Below the pieces are notes generated by a model that was not told the DNA's origin, made no database searches, and was given only the letters and a program-made list of their open reading frames with translations. A program made the position numbers and the translations under genes. Source: an uncultured Planctomycetales bacterium (GTDB lineage Bacteria > Planctomycetota > UBA1135). Taken from it: a stretch of DNA of 64,000 bases. Positions 59,363 to 64,000 of the stretch are shown piece after piece; the first letter of the stretch is position 1; each line of letters starts with the position of its first letter. The stretch spans positions 12,293 through 76,292 of the forward strand of contig CAZPAY010000009.1 of assembly GCA_964584805.1 (NCBI GenBank), in the 5' to 3' direction.

Positions 59363-60823
59363 TTAGGGCAAATCCCAGTGATATAAACCCGAGAAAAGGA
59401 ACTCGGCTATATCTTCATAAAGTGCACTCTGCCGTGAGTGATCGCGCGTTTCTGGAGTGAGAGAATCAATTGGCGTCGTTAACCTTAAAACCTGGCCCAT
59501 GGCATCTGTATTGCCGAGCAACATATTGCCAACCCACACAGGCGCAGTGTGGTCGAGAAAACCAGAACCGCCGGCTCCCAAGTCGCGCGACCATCGTCGA
59601 AGCCAAGCCTGGCGAGCCTCTTCGGTCATCTGCGATGGCCTACGAAAAAGCCATACGGGATAAAGCTTCATATTTTGCTCGTAGGAGCCGCGCTTGAAAG
59701 CTTCTTCGAAAAAGACATCATCTGCCGCATCGGAGGTCAAAGCCAAGACTAAGAACGCCGGCCAGTGCGTTTCGAAAGGCCGCTCAGTTGCGAGGAGGGC
59801 GCGAGCAAGACCGAGTCGCTGATAAGCCAAAGAAACCGCGGGTGCCCGACTATGGAGAGCGAGTCGCAGCAATCCGCCCACCTCGGGTAAGGCGAGTGTC
59901 TTGTCCGCAGGGAGTGGCAAATGGAGACCTAAATCTCCTGCGAGACCCCAGAGCCAACCAAGGGGCTGGGGCTGGCGAATTTTCTTAGACAGTGCGTTAA
60001 AAGCTACCGCTTGATTTTCTGGCTGAAACTCACGGAGTGCAAACAACCGTGAAGTCAATTCACCAGAAAAGGAGCGCTTTTCGAGCTTACTCCATGCGCG
60101 AGCTGGCTCACGAAAGGCCCCCATGAGCCATGCATCAGGCAACAAGCCCGAAAGAGTTTGATAGTGAGCCTTGCTGACTGGAGCGGAGCTCGACAAGAAA
60201 GAGCCCAAAACCTGAGCCGAAAGGCCACTTGGCGATTCACTGGCCAAGGGTGGCAGACCCTGTAACTGAGCAAGCATCGATAACAAAGCAAGCTCTTGTG
60301 GCGATGAGTGCTTGGCTAAAAAAAGAGCCGAGTCAACGGTTGGCATTTGGCCAGCGCGAGCAAGAAAACCAGCCAATAAACAGGAACGCTCAAAGGATGA
60401 GCGCGCAAATGCCTTGTCGCGATCAAGATTACGGCCTGCATCTGGATGAAAGGCTCCATAAAGCAAAAGAGCGTAAGCTCGTAATTCATCCGGTTTCCGG
60501 CCTTTCTTGACACGCTCAAGAAGGACTTCGAATGAGGCCGGAGTCCCGAGAAGGGCTGAAGCCAACAGGAGGGCGCGTTGTCGGACGGGCGCGCCTTTCT
60601 TCATTTCTTTTAGGAGCCAGCCTTCAAGCTCTACACCCTGTGCAGCAATCGTTTCAGCGGCAAGTCGACGAGCTGATGTGCTGCGATCGTTGAGCGCTCT
60701 CTGCACCTCGGGTACAGGGGATTGGGGCAACAAAGCCAAGAGCGGTAATGCAAGGGCAAAGAAAATCATGCTTAAGAAAGGGGACACTATCAGCATAGCG
60801 CCCCCACAACAAAGCCCCACCAA
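59363..60823 (-). CDS. Hypothetical helical-repeat (HEAT-like) protein with N-terminal signal/anchor
   Basis: 486 aa with a hydrophobic N-terminus. HEAT-like segments include ALNDRSTSARRLAAETIAAQG. The start is TTG 60823 or ATG 60796. Confidence 0.5.
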   Translation of the reverse strand: MVGLCCGGAMLIVSPFLSMIFFALALPLLALLPQSPVPEVQRALNDRSTSARRLAAETIAAQGVELEGWLLKEMKKGAPVRQRALLLASALLGTPASFEVLLERVKKGRKPDELRAYALLLYGAFHPDAGRNLDRDKAFARSSFERSCLLAGFLARAGQMPTVDSALFLAKHSSPQELALLSMLAQLQGLPPLASESPSGLSAQVLGSFLSSSAPVSKAHYQTLSGLLPDAWLMGAFREPARAWSKLEKRSFSGELTSRLFALREFQPENQAVAFNALSKKIRQPQPLGWLWGLAGDLGLHLPLPADKTLALPEVGGLLRLALHSRAPAVSLAYQRLGLARALLATERPFETHWPAFLVLALTSDAADDVFFEEAFKRGSYEQNMKLYPVWLFRRPSQMTEEARQAWLRRWSRDLGAGGSGFLDHTAPVWVGNMLLGNTDAMGQVLRLTTPIDSLTPETRDHSRQSALYEDIAEFLFSGLYHWDLP

Positions 60824-62035
60824 CTATTCCACTCGGACTCCAACGGGAGCCGTAAGCCGCCCCGTCTCAAAATCGAGGCTTTGAACGAACACATAAACCC
60901 CTGGTGGATAGAGTGCACCGATTGGAAGCATCCAAGAAAAGGAAGCCGAGCCACCGCCGTCGGCAAGCGTTGGGTGAAGGTGCAAAGGTCGAACCGTATG
61001 CGGAGCCAAGTCTGGCATGAGATAAATAGCCCCAATACCGCCGTATTGACCCACGGCCGTGGCTCTGCCAATTTGTAAACCATTGAAGCCCATGACCATC
61101 CCCCCCGGGGTGGCATTCCGCACACGGATTTGCACCGGATAACCGGGTTTGACAGAGGGCGAGCCCATCGAAGTTACGGGAGTCGGCTCCAGGGAAAAGG
61201 GAATGCGCGCAATGGCATCAATTTCGGCCGATTGCAAAAAGCCCCATTCAGCTTCCGCTACAAGCAATTGCCCCAACTCTGAGAACACTGCGCTATCTTT
61301 TGACGAAGGTGACTGCACCGTAAAGAGCATTCGCTTCTGCGCATCTAGGGTCAAACCTGTTACATCACCAATGGATTGCGTGAGGCCAGTCGCCGCATCC
61401 ACCATCGCCTGAATCTCATTTTCACGCCAAAGCACACGGCAAGTGCCAGTAGAAAAGGTATATGCCAAAACATCACCGTCAAGGATGTCGGCCAAAAGAG
61501 TACCCTTGAGCGTATCGCGCACGGAAAACCACAACTCATCTGGCGTGGGCCACGCAAGAGCGTCGATGTCGATGTAACCCGTAGTGGGCTGCAGAACGGA
61601 ATACAGCGTTGCTTCAGAAAGCAAGACATCCACGCCGGGGCCGGTAGTGCTTAAAGCGAGAATATCGCCGTCAATCAGACCGAATTCGCTGCGTTCGACA
61701 GAAAAAGCCAGTCGATGAGCTACTGGGTGAGAGGCCCGTTGCGGAATAAAGCAAAGGGCATCTAAGCCGGGCAGGCCGTCAAGGAAGCCGTCCTGATCTC
61801 GATCGCCAGCTAAAGTGCGCCATGCCTCTTGGGATAGAAGCACTTGCGCCGCATCACTTGATGCCGGCAGATGCAATACCGCCGAATCCGTCGAAACGGG
61901 ATCGCGCGGCAATCTGCAGTCTTGTGTCGTTGAACCAAGAAAGTCGTAGCTGACAGCAGCAGCGGTCGAACCTTGTGGGGGCGAAATGGTCTGAGCCAGA
62001 GTCGCCACGAGAAGTAGGGGTAGTAGTGCAATCAT
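60824..62035 (-). CDS. Hypothetical secreted protein
   Basis: 403 aa with the signal peptide MIALLPLLLVATLAQT. It has recurrent D-G-D-[IV]-L-A motifs and a beta-rich C-terminal module. No family was recognised. Confidence 0.5.
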   Translation of the reverse strand: MIALLPLLLVATLAQTISPPQGSTAAAVSYDFLGSTTQDCRLPRDPVSTDSAVLHLPASSDAAQVLLSQEAWRTLAGDRDQDGFLDGLPGLDALCFIPQRASHPVAHRLAFSVERSEFGLIDGDILALSTTGPGVDVLLSEATLYSVLQPTTGYIDIDALAWPTPDELWFSVRDTLKGTLLADILDGDVLAYTFSTGTCRVLWRENEIQAMVDAATGLTQSIGDVTGLTLDAQKRMLFTVQSPSSKDSAVFSELGQLLVAEAEWGFLQSAEIDAIARIPFSLEPTPVTSMGSPSVKPGYPVQIRVRNATPGGMVMGFNGLQIGRATAVGQYGGIGAIYLMPDLAPHTVRPLHLHPTLADGGGSASFSWMLPIGALYPPGVYVFVQSLDFETGRLTAPVGVRVE

Positions 62036-62157
62036 GCGGATGTTTCTCCGCTATGTAGACGGGTTCGCGCGTGAAGCGTGACAGTGGTAAATATTCCCCA
62101 CTCCTTGCGTGAAATACCCCAAGTATTCTGGCTGAAACAATTTGGATTAAAGATATC

Positions 62158-62177
62158 TGCAACCAATATCGGTCGCA
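62158..62177. promoter_or_regulatory. Imperfect dyad TGCAACC-N6-GGTCGCA, candidate enhancer (UAS)
   Basis: 6 of 7 positions are symmetric. The centre lies about 72 bp upstream of the -24 GG. Confidence 0.3.
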
Positions 62178-62237
62178 AACGCTTTTGGGCAAACGGGTTA
62201 AAGGTTTCAAGAAATAAAATCACCCTTTTTACAACTT

Positions 62238-62253
62238 TGGCACAAAACTCGCA
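62238..62253 (+). promoter_or_regulatory. Candidate sigma-54 (-24/-12) promoter
   Basis: TGGCACaaaacTCGCA has GG and GC spaced as in TGGCAC-N5-TTGC, with 2 mismatches to YTGGCACGrNNNTTGCW. It lies 38 nt upstream of the sigma factor ATG. Confidence 0.55.
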
Positions 62254-62290
62254 ATAGGTCAGTGGTTCGAAACATCGAAACCCCACCACC

Positions 62291-63490
62291 ATGACCAAAA
62301 CCCCCACCTTCGTCAAAGACGCGTTCACTCAAGGCCAGTTTTCTTGGGAACTCATTTCCCGCGCTTTCCGCACCGAAAAACGATTCGAAGCCGTCCACCC
62401 CGTGATGCGCGAGGTTTTGGTCGGTACCGATTTGCCTTTCTTGCCAGAAGTGCTTTCTCCTGATTTCCTTGAGCGCGATGAGTGCTCCAAGGCGCAAATC
62501 GCAGGGGATCCCCTGAGCATCTACTGGGCTGACCTGCGCCGCATCCGTCCGACGAGCCGCGAGGAAGAATTCATCCTCAACCGCGCGATTCACCTTTTGC
62601 GTGATTCTCTGCTCGACATCGTTGGTCACACGACGACTCCACTGACTGTGGCGATGCTGGAAGAGCACCTTTCACCATACTCCAATGTTTTGGAAGAAGC
62701 CCGTGAGCGCCCTATCGATGCCTACGCGACTTTAGAGGAAGAGATTCGATTGCGTCTCCAGCGGCGCTTGCGTGAGCTGCATGATGTGCAAAGCGCACTG
62801 ATTGACCGCAATTTGCATATCGTCCCGACAACTGCCCGCAAGTATCGCCATGTCGGCGTGCCATGGGAAGACCTGATTCAAGAAGGCAACACTTCTTTGC
62901 TGCGTGCTGTTGAGCGTTACAACCGAGAAGAGGGGGTGCGGTTTGCGAGCTATGCATCTTGGTGGGTGCAACAAGGTATTTTGAAGGCGCTCAGTTTTCA
63001 AAGCCGCACTGTGCGTCTGCCCGTTTACTTGGCGCAAGCCCTACACCGGGTACGCGATGTCATGACAAACGCAGAAGATACTTTGACCGTTGAGCAGATT
63101 GCAGAAAAGACGAATCTCACACCAGATCGCGTCGAGCGTGCACAAAAGGCTGACCGGCAATGCTTGTCACTAAATCGCACCCCCGCCAACGATGACGAAG
63201 AGTCTGGCTTTGCCGACCTGTTACCTGACCTACGCGACATCCCGTTACCAGACTGCCCCACTTCTGCTGAATTGCGGGCCAAGCTTGAGCAATTGCTTGA
63301 CCGTTTGCCTGCCCGCGAAGCACTTGTTTTGCGTTTGCGATTCGGTTTCGAAGATGGCACGCCAAAAACTCTTGAGGAAGTTCGCATCCGCCTTGGTGTT
63401 TCCCGCGAGCGCGTCCGTCAACTGCAGGCGCAAAGCCTGCGTCGCTTGGCACGCCCGGCGCCGAAAAAAGAGCTTCATAAGTTTGTTTAA
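62291..63490 (+). CDS. Alternative sigma-70-family sigma factor (group 2/3-like)
   Basis: Region 2 DLIQEGNTSLLRAVERYNREEGVRFASYASWWVQQGI, region 3, and region 4.2 TLEEVRIRLGVSRERVRQLQAQSLRRL. At 399 aa it diverges from the primary-sigma 2.4 consensus. Confidence 0.85.
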   Translation: MTKTPTFVKDAFTQGQFSWELISRAFRTEKRFEAVHPVMREVLVGTDLPFLPEVLSPDFLERDECSKAQIAGDPLSIYWADLRRIRPTSREEEFILNRAIHLLRDSLLDIVGHTTTPLTVAMLEEHLSPYSNVLEEARERPIDAYATLEEEIRLRLQRRLRELHDVQSALIDRNLHIVPTTARKYRHVGVPWEDLIQEGNTSLLRAVERYNREEGVRFASYASWWVQQGILKALSFQSRTVRLPVYLAQALHRVRDVMTNAEDTLTVEQIAEKTNLTPDRVERAQKADRQCLSLNRTPANDDEESGFADLLPDLRDIPLPDCPTSAELRAKLEQLLDRLPAREALVLRLRFGFEDGTPKTLEEVRIRLGVSRERVRQLQAQSLRRLARPAPKKELHKFV

Positions 63491-63538
63491 CCGTAGCGGC
63501 GTATAGGGCCGCACCCTTTCGGGTGGTGCGCCACTCAG

Positions 63539-63573
63539 GCGGCGAGCAAGGTAAAATCTACCATGCTCGCCGC
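63539..63573 (+). other. 10-bp perfect hairpin overlapping the next start codon
   Basis: gcggcgagca (63539..63548) pairs with tgctcgccgc (63564..63573). The 15-nt loop contains aagg and the A of the ATG. Confidence 0.5.
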
Positions 63574-64000
63574 TCTCGCTTTTTCGGCTGTCCTTCTGTT
63601 ACCCAACACCCTGTTTGCGCAGGCTGCGTCTTTTTTACCCGCCGCAGACGAAGTCCTTTTAACGGCCGAGCCGCCAGTCCCTTCTTACCTAGATGCACTG
63701 CGCAAAACGGCCGCTACAGGAAGTATCCCTAAAGAGGTAATCGCGGAATTGAGGCCCACGAACAAAGCACAAACCGAAGCGCTACGGTTTTTGCTTCAAG
63801 TCGGCAACACAGCGGAAGTCAGGTTGGTTGCGATATTGGCTGCGAATAGCGCCGTTGACGCGCCACTAACGCTTGAGTTATTGCGGGTGGGCGTTTCGCT
63901 GCAAGACGAAGCCGCTGCTTTGGCGTGTTTGTTGTCTCCGCTGGGTGCGCCCGCCGTGAGTTTGCCGAGCTTGGCTTATCTAGCACAAGATGCAGGGGCT
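63563..64000 (+). CDS. Hypothetical secreted helical-repeat protein (3' end outside window)
   Basis: Not in the ORF track, and open to the window edge. My translation gives MLAALAFSAVLLLPNTLFAQAAS (a signal peptide), followed by 146 stop-free codons with HEAT-like segments. Confidence 0.5.
   Translation, partial: MLAALAFSAVLLLPNTLFAQAASFLPAADEVLLTAEPPVPSYLDALRKTAATGSIPKEVIAELRPTNKAQTEALRFLLQVGNTAEVRLVAILAANSAVDAPLTLELLRVGVSLQDEAAALACLLSPLGAPAVSLPSLAYLAQDAGA

Noticed and set aside
62106-62121. Minus-strand GG-N10-GC (TGGGGTatttcACGCA) facing the 60824..62035 operon
   Set aside because: Only the invariant dinucleotides match, with five flanking mismatches. Matches of this kind are expected by chance in 255 bp.
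63447-63461. Second sigma-54-like site TGGCACgcccgGCGC near the end of the sigma factor gene
   Set aside because: The GG/GC spacing is correct, but the -12 element (GGCGC) is poor and the site is inside coding sequence. It is probably a chance match.

Overview
Compact chromosomal segment with short or overlapping gene junctions and roughly 55-60% G+C by eye. The host is a Gram-negative-type bacterium (lpxH, gmhB, rpoN, many lipoproteins). The many DUF1573, FG-GAP, TPR, HEAT and sulfatase-fold exported proteins suggest an environmental, possibly PVC-like lineage, but this cannot be settled from the sequence. Most of the window is core metabolism and translation: tyrS, rpsA, cmk, lpxH, rpoN, efp, ndk, accA, purL/purQ, purD plus a fur-family gene, and pepN. 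It also holds a 16-gene co-directional string (atpZ-I-B-E-F-H-A-G-D-C, aspS, infC, rpmI, rplT, pheS, pheT), three tRNAs, and a molybdenum-cofactor / xanthine-dehydrogenase-family cluster. I saw no rRNA, CRISPR array, transposase, integrase, phage gene or recognisable defence system. The best leads are as follows. (1) A near-consensus sigma-54 (-24/-12) promoter with an upstream dyad sits in front of an alternative sigma-70-family sigma factor gene (62238..62291), in a window that also encodes rpoN and two NtrC-type activators. (2) An ECF sigma / zinc anti-sigma operon ends in a periplasmic HtrA-fold PDZ protein in which all three catalytic-triad positions appear substituted (31940..34328). (3) Two unknown exported proteins are tightly packed upstream of xanthine-dehydrogenase-family S-L-M genes. 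(4) A C-terminal module of about 100 aa seems shared by three otherwise unrelated secreted proteins. (5) tRNA genes are embedded between protein genes with 9-70 nt spacers. (6) purL carries a tandem PurS-PurS N-terminal fusion. All family calls rest on motifs read by eye, and no database search was possible.
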